From NCBI GenBank assembly GCA_965140615.1, contig OZ223280.1, forward strand, positions 1,075,555 through 1,139,554: a stretch of DNA of 64,000 nt, written 5' to 3'. Below, piece by piece: positions 10,198-19,012 of this stretch. The stretch comes from Candidatus Cloacimonadales bacterium. GTDB taxonomy: Bacteria > Cloacimonadota > Cloacimonadia > G963667145. A program made the position numbers and the translations under genes. Position 1 is the stretch's first letter; the number at the start of each line of letters is the position of its first letter. The notes under the pieces were generated by a model. The model was not told the DNA's origin. It made no database searches and saw only the letters and a program-made list of their open reading frames with translations.

Positions 10198-10466
10198 GTT
10201 TCGCTGGCAATTGGCGGGTTTCGCCCGACTACCTAAATACGGCTAATCATTTAAGAGTTCATTTATGTGGTCAGAAAAACCCTCAATTAAAAAATAAAAG
10301 TTAAGAGTTAAGAGTTGCTCAAGAGGGAAAAGGGTACACCACCCTACCCACTTTTGGATTCCAGCTTCCGTGGTAATGAGGGAAGAGGAGCGAAGTTGCT
10401 TTTTTTATGCTGTAAACCTTTTTTTAATTGACATCAAACGAACTTTCTTTTTTTTGATAAGACGCT

Positions 10467-10493
10467 GGGGTTGTAGTGGCAACCCTTTTTTTT
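10467..10493 (+). terminator. Orphan terminator-like hairpin with a T8 run, 29 nt upstream of the OMP gene start
   Basis: gggttg(t) pairs with (g)caaccc, a 6-7 bp stem, followed by eight T (10486-10493). There is no T-run on the opposite strand. Confidence 0.5.
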
Positions 10494-10521
10494 GGCGAAA
10501 ATAGTTTGAGGAAGGGTAAAA

Positions 10522-12327
10522 TTGAAAAATAATCGCATCTTTTTGTTGTTGCTTCTGAGCGTGTTTTGGGCATCTGGTTGGTCTGCAAATACCAAAAAAA
10601 GCAGTAAGGAGAGCACAATCTATCAAGATTGGCAGAAGTCTGCTTCCAAGTACAAGATTACCAAAGAGCTTTTTAAAACGGTTTTCGATGTGCAAGAGAA
10701 GCAGAAGAAGAAGTCCAAAATTAGGAACAATGTGAGCTCCAGCTCTTCTCGCTTTAGGAAGCACTCGGGCAAGAGAATCCGCAAGATATATGTCAGGCAA
10801 GAGGATGTCTTTAGCGGGAAGAATTTCTTTTCCCGTCTGGGTAATGGTGCACATATGGACACCCGAGAGTTCATCATTTTGAACAACCTTTTTTTCCAAG
10901 AGTACTCTATTGTTAATCCTGAGCTTTTGGCAGAAAACGAGAAATTTTTGAGCGGATTGTCTTATATTAAAGATGCCGAGTTTTTTTTGGTGCCGGTCAA
11001 GGGCAGTTTGACTTTTGTTGATTTGGTGCTGGTGATAAGGGACAAGTGGTCTATCGGAGCAGATGGAGATTTCACGGATTTGGACAAGTTCCGCCTTGGT
11101 GGTTATGACAAGAACTTCTTTGGTTTCGGTAATGAGTTCGAGTATAAAGCTAAATATAACAAAGACAATAGCCCACAGTGGGGACACGATTTTTCTTATG
11201 AGATTCGCAATGTTGACCGTAGTTTTATGGATTTGAAGGTGGACTATTACGATGACTACAGCAAGCAGAAGTACGGTGGTAGCCTCAATAGAGGGTACAT
11301 CTCGGGCAAGAAGTATGGTGGTGGTGGTAGCTGGTACATAGTGGAGACCAAAGAGCAAAAGTCGGAGGTGGACAGCACTTTGGAGGTGAGCGTGCCCAGA
11401 GCGAAGAGTGTCGATTTGGATTTCTGGATTGGTCGCAAGTTTAAATTTAGAGGCTCTTTTTTGGGGTTCGATCAGGTAGCTTGGGCTTTGAGGCACAAGT
11501 CGCAAGATTTTGAGGATCGTCCCGAAGGGGTTACGGCAGATTCCCTGCGTGGCTATCACGACATCGAATTTTTTCGCCTTGCCTCTTTTAGTATGAGCAA
11601 GCAGCTTTTTTATCGTAGTAGCCTTATCTACGGATTTGGCGTTGCCGAGCATATACCGTATGGCAAAAACTTGGAGTTGGTGTATGGCAAGGAGAGTGGA
11701 GAGTTTTGGAAGCGGGATTATTTCGGCATCTCGTATGCACAGGGGAAGTTTTACAAAAATGTGGGGTATCTGTACAACAAGGTTGCCATGGGAGGTTTTT
11801 GGCTGGATGACGAAAGTCGAATGGAAGACTTGACAGTTAGATTGAAGGTCTCCTACTTTAGCTTGCTGTACAAATGGGGGCATTACTACACGCGTTATTT
11901 CGCCAATCTGGACTATGTAACGAGTGTGAACAGGTCGCTGAAAGATAGCATAAGCATAAGCGATGATGAGATAAGGGAGCTGTCTTGGGATAAGAACGAT
12001 GAGCAAAAGCTGGTGTTGAGCACAGAGATGGTTACTTTTGCTCCTTGGAATTTGGCTGGGTTTAAATTTGCTTTGTTTTCGTTTGCCGATGGTGGTTATC
12101 TGGCAGCTAACGAGAATATTGCTGTGGGAGGCTCTTTTGCCTCTAGCATCGGCTTAGGTGTCAGGATTCGCAACGAGAACTTGGTGTTCAAGACTTTGCA
12201 ACTACGGATTGCTTATTTCCCCACACGGCAAGAAGATGGCGACTACAAGTTCCGCCTGTCGGGCGAAAAGGGTTACTCGTTGCCAACTTTGGATGCAGGA
12301 AGTCCGAGCGTGATAGAATATTATTAG
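10522..12327 (+). CDS. Putative outer-membrane beta-barrel protein (Omp85/surface-antigen-like). The family assignment is tentative.
   Basis: TTG start after GAGGAAGGG. Signal peptide LLLLLSVFWASGWS. The C-terminal half is rich in alternating aromatic and Gly residues and ends ...SVIEYY. Confidence 0.55.
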   Translation: MKNNRIFLLLLLSVFWASGWSANTKKSSKESTIYQDWQKSASKYKITKELFKTVFDVQEKQKKKSKIRNNVSSSSSRFRKHSGKRIRKIYVRQEDVFSGKNFFSRLGNGAHMDTREFIILNNLFFQEYSIVNPELLAENEKFLSGLSYIKDAEFFLVPVKGSLTFVDLVLVIRDKWSIGADGDFTDLDKFRLGGYDKNFFGFGNEFEYKAKYNKDNSPQWGHDFSYEIRNVDRSFMDLKVDYYDDYSKQKYGGSLNRGYISGKKYGGGGSWYIVETKEQKSEVDSTLEVSVPRAKSVDLDFWIGRKFKFRGSFLGFDQVAWALRHKSQDFEDRPEGVTADSLRGYHDIEFFRLASFSMSKQLFYRSSLIYGFGVAEHIPYGKNLELVYGKESGEFWKRDYFGISYAQGKFYKNVGYLYNKVAMGGFWLDDESRMEDLTVRLKVSYFSLLYKWGHYYTRYFANLDYVTSVNRSLKDSISISDDEIRELSWDKNDEQKLVLSTEMVTFAPWNLAGFKFALFSFADGGYLAANENIAVGGSFASSIGLGVRIRNENLVFKTLQLRIAYFPTRQEDGDYKFRLSGEKGYSLPTLDAGSPSVIEYY

Positions 12328-12357
12328 AACTAAAAATAAAAATAGATGAGATAAAAG

Positions 12358-14715
12358 ATGAAAGAAGATATTTTGATAGAAAGCCCAGAGTTTGAATTTT
12401 CAGAAAGTTTGAATGTCGTGCCACTGCGAAACATTATGATGGTGCCCAAGATTGTCGCCCCCATATTGATCGGACGCAAAGTTACCATAGACGCCGTGGA
12501 GGACGCCCTAGCTAAGCACAAGAGGATAGTGTGTTTAACGCAAAAGTATGATAACAATCGTGCCACTTACCCCGATGGGAAGAACCTTTACCGTGTGGGG
12601 ACTTACTGTAGCATCTTGCAGGTGTTCAGATTGCCCGATGGCAACCTGAGGATATTGGTGGAGGGGCTCAAGTGCGTGCTGGTGGATAGACTGTCCAAGG
12701 GCAAGAACGGCTTTTTTAGGGCAAAAGTGCACGAGATGAGCTACGAGAAGACGGACGATCTGGAGTTGCAGGCAGAGGTAAGGGCGATTAAGAAGCTTTT
12801 TGCTGAGTACATCTCTATCGATGGGAATATCCCGCAAGAGGTGCTTAAACCGTTGGACGAGATAGTTAAGCCCAGTGAGTTTTTTTATTATGTCTTGGCT
12901 AATATCTCCTCGTCTGTGGACAAGAAGATTGAACTTTTTAGGATTGAGAATATCAATCAGGCTTTGAGTCAGCTCCTGCGACTCTTGCACAAGGAGCTGG
13001 AGATACTGAAGTTGGAGAAGAAGATAGATGTCAATGTCAACAACAAGCTCAACAAGTTGCAACGGGAGTACTACCTGCGAGAGCAGCTAAAGGAGATAGA
13101 GAAAGAGCTGGGTATGGATAAGCAGAGCAGTGCAGAAGTGGACGAGATGGAGAAATATTTGCTGGAACTGCCATTGAGTGATGAGATCCGCAAGATTGCC
13201 GATGGTGAGTTGCAAAAGCTCAAGAGGATACCTACAGGCTCGCAAGAGTACACCGTGATTTACAACTATCTGGACTGGATGCGGAGCTTGCCGTGGGAGG
13301 CAGACGAGGTCAAAGATTTCGATTTGATGCAAGCACAGAAAGATTTGGATGCCAATCACTATGGCTTGGATAAGATAAAAGATGTTATCTTGGAGTACAT
13401 CGCAGTGCTTAAGTTTGTGCAAGAGAACCGTGGCAAGATTTTGTGCTTTGTGGGTGCTCCGGGAGTGGGCAAGACCTCGTTAGGCAAGGCTATTGCCAAA
13501 TCTTTGGGTAAGAAGTTCGCTCGCTTGTCTTTGGGCGGTGTGAAAGACGAGGCAGAGATAAGAGGGCATCGTCGGACTTATGTGGGGGCAGTGCCCGGTG
13601 TTATCATCAACTCCATAAAGAAAGCCGGCACTATCAATCCCGTGATAATGATGGACGAGATAGACAAGCTCTCTAGCGACTTTCGGGGTGATCCAGCCTC
13701 GGCACTGCTAGAGGTGCTAGATCCAGAGCAGAACAACAGTTTTCGCGACCATTACCTAGATTTTGACTACGACTTGTCCAAAGTTACCTTCATCACTACT
13801 GCTAACACGCTCTCGTCTATCCCAGCACCGCTGTTAGATAGGATGGAGATAGTGCGGTTGCCCGGCTACACGATGTTCGAGAAGATCAACATCGCAAAGA
13901 AGCACTTGATAAGACGGCAGATAGACGCCTTTAAGACCAAAGGCAAGGTGGAGATTGACTTTAGCGACCAGATTATCCGTTATATCGTGAAAAATTACAC
14001 GCAAGAGGTGGGCGTGCGACTTTTGGAGAAGCAGATTGAGAAGATTTATCGCAAAGTTATTCGTGAGATTGTCCAGAGTAAGAAAGCAAAAATCAAGCTG
14101 AAGCTGACCCAAAAGTCGGTGGAAAAGTATTTGGGTGTGTCCAAGGTAATCCCCGCAAAGGTTGAGAAAAAGGATGTGGTCGGCGTGGTTAATGGGCTTG
14201 CGTGGACTATGGTTGGTGGTGAGATGCTCAAGATAGAAATCAGCAAGTTTCCCGGTACGGGCAAGATAAAGCTCACTGGGAATTTGGGTGATATTATGAA
14301 AGAGTCGGCACAAGCTGCTTACACTTTCGCTCGGGTGAACGCCAAGAAGTATAACTTGGTCAAAGATTTTTACAAGAACACAGATTTGCATCTGCATATC
14401 CCCGAGGGTGCTGTGCCAAAAGACGGACCTTCGGCAGGCGTAACTATGGCTACGGCGATTATCTCGGTGCTTTCGGACAGAAAGGTGCGTGCTAATATTG
14501 CCATGACAGGAGAAATATCCCTTAAAGGTGAAGTGATGGCTATCGGAGGTTTGGCAGAGAAGTTGGTGGCAGCGGGGCAAGCGGAGATAAAGAAGGTGCT
14601 AATCCCCAAAGATAACCTTGCACACCTGCAGGAGATACCCGATGAGATTAAGCACGGGCTGGAGATAGTGCCCATGGAGAGTATCGACCAAGTGCTTGGC
14701 GAGGCTCTGGTGTGA
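12358..14715 (+). CDS. lon: ATP-dependent Lon protease
   Basis: Walker A GAPGVGKTSLGKAIA, GHRRTYVGA, and the catalytic-Ser motif PKDGPSAGVTMATA. 785 aa. Confidence 0.95.
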   Translation: MKEDILIESPEFEFSESLNVVPLRNIMMVPKIVAPILIGRKVTIDAVEDALAKHKRIVCLTQKYDNNRATYPDGKNLYRVGTYCSILQVFRLPDGNLRILVEGLKCVLVDRLSKGKNGFFRAKVHEMSYEKTDDLELQAEVRAIKKLFAEYISIDGNIPQEVLKPLDEIVKPSEFFYYVLANISSSVDKKIELFRIENINQALSQLLRLLHKELEILKLEKKIDVNVNNKLNKLQREYYLREQLKEIEKELGMDKQSSAEVDEMEKYLLELPLSDEIRKIADGELQKLKRIPTGSQEYTVIYNYLDWMRSLPWEADEVKDFDLMQAQKDLDANHYGLDKIKDVILEYIAVLKFVQENRGKILCFVGAPGVGKTSLGKAIAKSLGKKFARLSLGGVKDEAEIRGHRRTYVGAVPGVIINSIKKAGTINPVIMMDEIDKLSSDFRGDPASALLEVLDPEQNNSFRDHYLDFDYDLSKVTFITTANTLSSIPAPLLDRMEIVRLPGYTMFEKINIAKKHLIRRQIDAFKTKGKVEIDFSDQIIRYIVKNYTQEVGVRLLEKQIEKIYRKVIREIVQSKKAKIKLKLTQKSVEKYLGVSKVIPAKVEKKDVVGVVNGLAWTMVGGEMLKIEISKFPGTGKIKLTGNLGDIMKESAQAAYTFARVNAKKYNLVKDFYKNTDLHLHIPEGAVPKDGPSAGVTMATAIISVLSDRKVRANIAMTGEISLKGEVMAIGGLAEKLVAAGQAEIKKVLIPKDNLAHLQEIPDEIKHGLEIVPMESIDQVLGEALV

Positions 14716-14951
14716 GCATAGAGGCTGTAAAGCCAGCAGTTGCAGCCGACGATGGTTACTACTACCATTTGCGGATACCGCAGAAGCAACAGTATTTTTT
14801 TGCCAGCATCGTGGAATCTTTTTCGGGACTTGCCAATCACACGACAGCAAGGGACGATAAGGGCGTTTTGATTTTTTTTGTTAGTCGCTGGCAGGTAGCG
14901 GATTTTGAAAGGTTATTAAAATTTTTGGCAGGTTATGAAAATTTGGAATAG
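14712..14951 (+). CDS. Small conserved protein, DUF4911-like (recalled from memory)
   Basis: GTGA overlap with the lon stop. The core FFASIVESFSGLANHTTARDDKGVLIFF resembles the DUF4911 pattern. Confidence 0.45.
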   Translation: MSIEAVKPAVAADDGYYYHLRIPQKQQYFFASIVESFSGLANHTTARDDKGVLIFFVSRWQVADFERLLKFLAGYENLE

Positions 14952-16755
14952 ATTGATATTAAGTGTGCTAGCTTGTGGTTCTGTGGCGTGGGGTGTAGAG
15001 ATAGATTCGCTCCAAGGCATTAGCGGTGGCAAAGATTATCTTTTCGAGATAAGCACTGGGGACTCGCTCAGGCGGGAGCGGAGCGAGTTCGAGAAGCTAG
15101 TAGAGGGCGATAATTTGGCACAAGATATCTCCGATAGCATTCCCATCGAGGACGAAGACAAGAAGCTGGCAATCTTTCGGCAGAGGCTGGGTGTAGAGGT
15201 TGACTCGTTTTTACAGCAAGAGGCACGAACCCAAAGAGTACCACTGTTTTTGTACAAGGAGAACAATCACTATTACAGCCCATCGCCCGTGCGGCAAGAG
15301 TTCCAGTACGAGGAGCTAACCATTCACCCCTTTTTGCTTCGTAGCTATCAACTTTACCAAGATTATAGCCCCTTTTGGGCAGAGTCCGAAAAACAGGGGA
15401 GCGTTTATTTCTCTCGGGTGAAGTACGATATGCCAGTATTGCTCACCAAAGCTTTGCTAGCACAAGGTTACAACGGCTCTGATCTAGACCAAGCGATAGT
15501 CAACATCTACAAAAGTCAAGTGTACGATTGTCTAGACTTCCAGCTGGGGTTCAACGGCTCTTCGGGCAAGTGGCTCTCCGAGCAGACAAAAGAGAAGAGC
15601 AAAGATTTGTACGGCAGTGTCCGTTACTACTGGGACGACTACTTTTCGCTCGACTACTCCTTTTTGTATTTCGACCACGATTTGCCCAGCGAAAAGCTGT
15701 TTTTCAGTCAGCTGAACACGACGACTGAATATGACTCGCTTTTAGATTTGGAGCATATCTCTTACAAATCGCAACAGCATTTCTTTGTGCTTCGCTCTGT
15801 AGTATTTGATGCGGGCTACAGCTATAGCAGAGAAGAGTATCTGCTGGATAGCTTGTTGCAGTTGGACAAAAAGTACAGCAATGAGAGTTACTTTTATGCT
15901 CTAGATTTGGACTTCTGGGGGCAAAACTTAGCTGTTGGTCGCAAGAGTTACAACAACTACGAAGCCACGAAGATAGACGAGCGGCTCTATTACAAGGGGA
16001 AGTTGCAGACCCAGCTTTGGCACGGTGCTAGCATCAGTGGCTATCACGATCAGGTCAACACGAGCTTCTCTGCCCAAAAGGGCTTGCCTTGGGGCTTTAG
16101 CGTGTTTGGCGATTACACAGACAAGCAGAACCAAGCCTTAGATACGGCTCTGCTTATCAATTCAAACATCATCTTTCAGAGGGTGGAGTCTTACACCTCT
16201 AGCTTCTGTGGAGTCGCTTTTGCCAACAAGGTACTTAGTGGCAGGGTGTCCGCGGGTAATTTGCAACTAGAGATAGCGGAGTACAGTGTCCTTGCGGACA
16301 CTACGCTTATCAAGCAAAAAGGCAACTACGACAACGATGTATTGCAGGCGGATGTGAAGGTGCGACTGCCATTTAGCTTGTGGGGTCAGAAGATGGCTCT
16401 TGGTTATCAGGTGGAGGCTCGTCGCTACTTGTCGGGCGATACTCCGTACATCTACCCAGAGGTGCAGATGCGACAAAACTACGAGATGATTTTTTACTTT
16501 AACTATGGCAATGTCTTAACCCTCGGATGGCGGAACTACAACGCTTCGGACTACTTTGCCAGCTTTGCCGATAAGAACAACTCAAAAGCTGTCTCGTCCA
16601 ATGAGATGCTAGATTACTACCTGAAGCTCGATTTGACAAACAAGTTCTCAGTGCTGATGGATATAAAAAATTACGACAAAGACGAGGAACACTTGGGTAC
16701 GACTCCTTATCGCCGTCACTTCAAGATGAACTTCGTCTGGTATCTGTTCGATTAG
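14935..16755 (+). CDS. Secreted protein or putative outer-membrane protein of unknown function
   Basis: Signal peptide LILSVLACGSVAWG. Tyr/Asp/Asn-rich, beta-strand-like composition. 17-nt overlap with the preceding ORF. Confidence 0.55.
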   Translation: MKIWNRLILSVLACGSVAWGVEIDSLQGISGGKDYLFEISTGDSLRRERSEFEKLVEGDNLAQDISDSIPIEDEDKKLAIFRQRLGVEVDSFLQQEARTQRVPLFLYKENNHYYSPSPVRQEFQYEELTIHPFLLRSYQLYQDYSPFWAESEKQGSVYFSRVKYDMPVLLTKALLAQGYNGSDLDQAIVNIYKSQVYDCLDFQLGFNGSSGKWLSEQTKEKSKDLYGSVRYYWDDYFSLDYSFLYFDHDLPSEKLFFSQLNTTTEYDSLLDLEHISYKSQQHFFVLRSVVFDAGYSYSREEYLLDSLLQLDKKYSNESYFYALDLDFWGQNLAVGRKSYNNYEATKIDERLYYKGKLQTQLWHGASISGYHDQVNTSFSAQKGLPWGFSVFGDYTDKQNQALDTALLINSNIIFQRVESYTSSFCGVAFANKVLSGRVSAGNLQLEIAEYSVLADTTLIKQKGNYDNDVLQADVKVRLPFSLWGQKMALGYQVEARRYLSGDTPYIYPEVQMRQNYEMIFYFNYGNVLTLGWRNYNASDYFASFADKNNSKAVSSNEMLDYYLKLDLTNKFSVLMDIKNYDKDEEHLGTTPYRRHFKMNFVWYLFD

Positions 16756-16756
16756 T

Positions 16757-17704
16757 ATGGCTCTTTGTCAGATGAATATCTATGTTGCTTTCGTTTTGCT
16801 ACTGGTGGGCTTTTACCTCTTGTTTCTAGCTGCCGAGAGGTTCGTGGACTTGGCAGTGGTCATCTCAGCCTATTTTGGCATCCCTGGGGTGCTTACTGGC
16901 ACGATTATCGTTGGATTTGCTACTTCCGCTCCAGAGTTTGCCGTGAGCATCTTGGCGTCTATGCAGGGGTTATCGCAGATGGGTCTTGGTAACGGTGTGG
17001 GCAGTGTTATCTGCAACGAGACTCTGGGCTTAGGTCTCGGCTTTGTCGCCGTGGGACTTGGCTCTGTGGCAACTTTTGATAAAAAGTACTTGGGTAAGGT
17101 CGTTTTGTTCTTGGACGCAGGACTCATCGCCTTGTACCTCTTTATGAGGGATGGAGTGCTCTTGCGGGCTGAGGCACTTCTTTTCGTTGCTTGTCTGGGG
17201 TTGTACTTCGTGGTGGTGGCTAGAAGCTCCCATAAGGCGAAGCTGGAGAGGGTGAAGCCTCCCAAGCACATCGGGCTGTATCTTTTGGGTTTCGTGCTAA
17301 TTTTGGCAGCTGTGGTGGTACTCAGCAGGTTGGTCGTGTTTTCTGTGGTGTATATTGCCGATTTCTTTCAAGTGAGCAAAACGATTATCGCTGTAACTGT
17401 CGTGGCGTTGGGTACATCTTTGCCAGAGGTTGCTACCGCTTTTGTTGCTTCACGCAAGGGGCATCTAGATATCGCCGTGGGCAATATCATCGGCTCGGAT
17501 GTGCTGAATATCTTTGGCATCGTGGGTGTTTCGGCTATCATCCACCCTGTGGTTATCAGCCCACAGGAGGTGCATTTTGTGTTTGGTTGGCTGGCAATCG
17601 TGATGGTGGCTACTTCCTTTACTATCTACAAAGGTTATACAAAGCCTTTTTTTTGGGGATTAGCTTTGGTTTTGCTCTATTTTTCTTATCTTTTTTTCGC
17701 TTAA
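16757..17704 (+). CDS. Ca2+/Na+ antiporter (CaCA/YrbG family)
   Basis: Duplicated alpha-repeats GTSAPEFAVSI and GTSLPEVATAF...GNIIGSDVLNI. Confidence 0.85.
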   Translation: MALCQMNIYVAFVLLLVGFYLLFLAAERFVDLAVVISAYFGIPGVLTGTIIVGFATSAPEFAVSILASMQGLSQMGLGNGVGSVICNETLGLGLGFVAVGLGSVATFDKKYLGKVVLFLDAGLIALYLFMRDGVLLRAEALLFVACLGLYFVVVARSSHKAKLERVKPPKHIGLYLLGFVLILAAVVVLSRLVVFSVVYIADFFQVSKTIIAVTVVALGTSLPEVATAFVASRKGHLDIAVGNIIGSDVLNIFGIVGVSAIIHPVVISPQEVHFVFGWLAIVMVATSFTIYKGYTKPFFWGLALVLLYFSYLFFA

Positions 17705-17780
17705 AAAGTAATTTTATTAGTTGACACAAAGGCACAAAAAAAAATTTTGTTAAGAATTAGATGCAAAGTAAGGAGATTTA

Positions 17781-18068
17781 ATGTTTTATTTTTTGCTTGG
17801 AGTCCATATTGTGATTTCGCTTTTATTGATTTTGGTGATTTTGTCCCAAACCTCAAAAGGTGGTGCTTTAGGTGGTGCTTTTGGTGGTGCTACTAGTACT
17901 GCGTCTTTTGGAGACGAGGCTGAGACTATCTTAAAAAAATGGACTAAGTACTTTATTTTGCTCTTTGTGGTTTCTTGTTTGGTGCTGGCTTTTTGTACTA
18001 AGGGAATGAATGTGGCAAAAAGCGGTGGAGAAGTGAGCAAGGAGTTACAAAAGGAGCTAGCCGAGTAG
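17781..18068 (+). CDS. secG: Preprotein translocase subunit SecG
   Basis: The N-terminal TM helix is followed by SKGGALGGAFGGA, then a second TM helix. AAGGAG precedes the start. Confidence 0.85.
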   Translation: MFYFLLGVHIVISLLLILVILSQTSKGGALGGAFGGATSTASFGDEAETILKKWTKYFILLFVVSCLVLAFCTKGMNVAKSGGEVSKELQKELAE

Positions 18069-18105
18069 GTTTTAGTTTTTTTCTTTTAAGAAAGACATAC
18101 TGAGT

Positions 18106-18194
18106 GCAGAAGTGGTGGAATTGGTAGACACGCAAGACTAAGGATCTTGTGCCCGCTTTTGGGTGTGCTGGTTCAAGTCCAGTCTTCTGCACCA
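18106..18194 (+). tRNA. tRNA-Leu (class II, long variable arm). The hand-folded anticodon is AAG (18140-18142). CCA is encoded.
   Basis: Acceptor GCAGAAG/CTTCTGC. Anticodon stem CAAGA/TCTTG with the 7-nt loop C-T-A-A-G-G-A. T-arm GCTGG-TTCAAGT-CCAGT. Confidence 0.85.
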
Positions 18195-18209
18195 TATTTG
18201 CTTTTAGAT

Positions 18210-18298
18210 GCAGGAGTGGTGAAATTGGTAGACACGCAAGATTCAGGTTCTTGTGCTCATTATTGGGCGTGCTGGTTCAAGTCCAGTCTTCTGCACCA
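18210..18298 (+). tRNA. tRNA-Leu(CAG), class II. CCA is encoded.
   Basis: Acceptor GCAGGAG/CTTCTGC. Anticodon stem CAAGA/TCTTG with loop T-T-C-A-G-G-T. The T-arm is identical to the upstream tRNA. Confidence 0.9.
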
Positions 18299-18645
18299 TT
18301 TACAAGATTTCCCAGTGTCCACCTTTGTTTGCTCCGAGTCTTCTGGTTTTCTTTTTTCGCCTTAGTTTAGCTAAAGCTCTGATTATCGTTCGGCGGTCTT
18401 TTGCAAAATTTTGGCTATCTTTTTTGTCGTAATGTATCTGTTTGTCTTTATTGGTTTAGATGTTTGTAGGGGCGTTTGTAAACGCTTTCTTGTCTTTAGA
18501 GTGGAGAAGTTCAAACTCCATCGTCTTGGGGATAAATTCGATAAATTCTGTGCAGTTGCAAGAGGTGCCCGACCTGTGAAGGGCTTGATAGTAAGCCTTT
18601 TGGTCTTCTTAAACGGCGGATTGTATGCAGATTTTTTCTCTAACT

Positions 18646-18996
18646 TTATAGGTTTTGTTGCTTAGCTCTTTTTTGTAGGCATTTGCTGATGATTTTTAGA
18701 TTTTGGTTGTTATCTCTTATTTGGGGAGTGAGCTTACCGTATATTGCCACGAAGGAGATGGCAGGAGGAACTGTAAATATCAATAAGATTTGTTCCAATA
18801 AGATTTTTTTTAGAGTGAGTAGCAAAGTTACTTTTGGTGAAATCCTAAGGGAAAGAGCCAGCAGAGAGTAAACTAAGATTATGATTAAAAAGACATTAGC
18901 GACACCTAGTAGGCTGTATTTTAGATGCTCTTTTTTGAGTTGTTTGTTTATTTGGGTGAGTTGTGTTTGTTTTGCGATGAGTTTGTTGCTACTCAT
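18646..18996 (-). CDS. Hypothetical membrane protein. The start is uncertain (18996 or 19026).
   Basis: Open frame with a basic/coiled N-terminus and two hydrophobic segments. No family recognised. Confidence 0.35.
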   Translation of the reverse strand: MSSNKLIAKQTQLTQINKQLKKEHLKYSLLGVANVFLIIILVYSLLALSLRISPKVTLLLTLKKILLEQILLIFTVPPAISFVAIYGKLTPQIRDNNQNLKIISKCLQKRAKQQNL

Positions 18997-19012
18997 CTTG
19001 CTCCAGTTTGGT

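Noticed and set aside
10428-10433. Perfect TTGACA hexamers in intergenic DNA taken as sigma-70 -35 boxes (10428, 17722, 24558, 51668, and minus-strand 36882)
   Set aside because: None has a convincing TATAAT-like -10 at 16-18 nt spacing. The best is 24558 with AAGATT at 17 nt. The lineage may also use a different promoter consensus, so no promoters were called.
10405-12006. A 533-aa ORF on the minus strand, the longest unannotated ORF in the track
   Set aside because: It lies entirely antisense to the 601-aa signal-peptide-bearing OMP gene. Its translation is low-complexity (runs of L, I, H, Q, K) with no recognisable motif or start context. I treat it as a shadow ORF of the plus-strand gene.
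18411-18665. An 84-aa plus-strand ORF and other short ORFs in the 18.3-18.65 kb gap after the tRNA genes; also the idea of an integrated element at the tRNA-Leu locus
   Set aside because: There is no RBS or motif. No integrase gene or repeat of the tRNA 3' end was found downstream, so there is no evidence for an integrated element.
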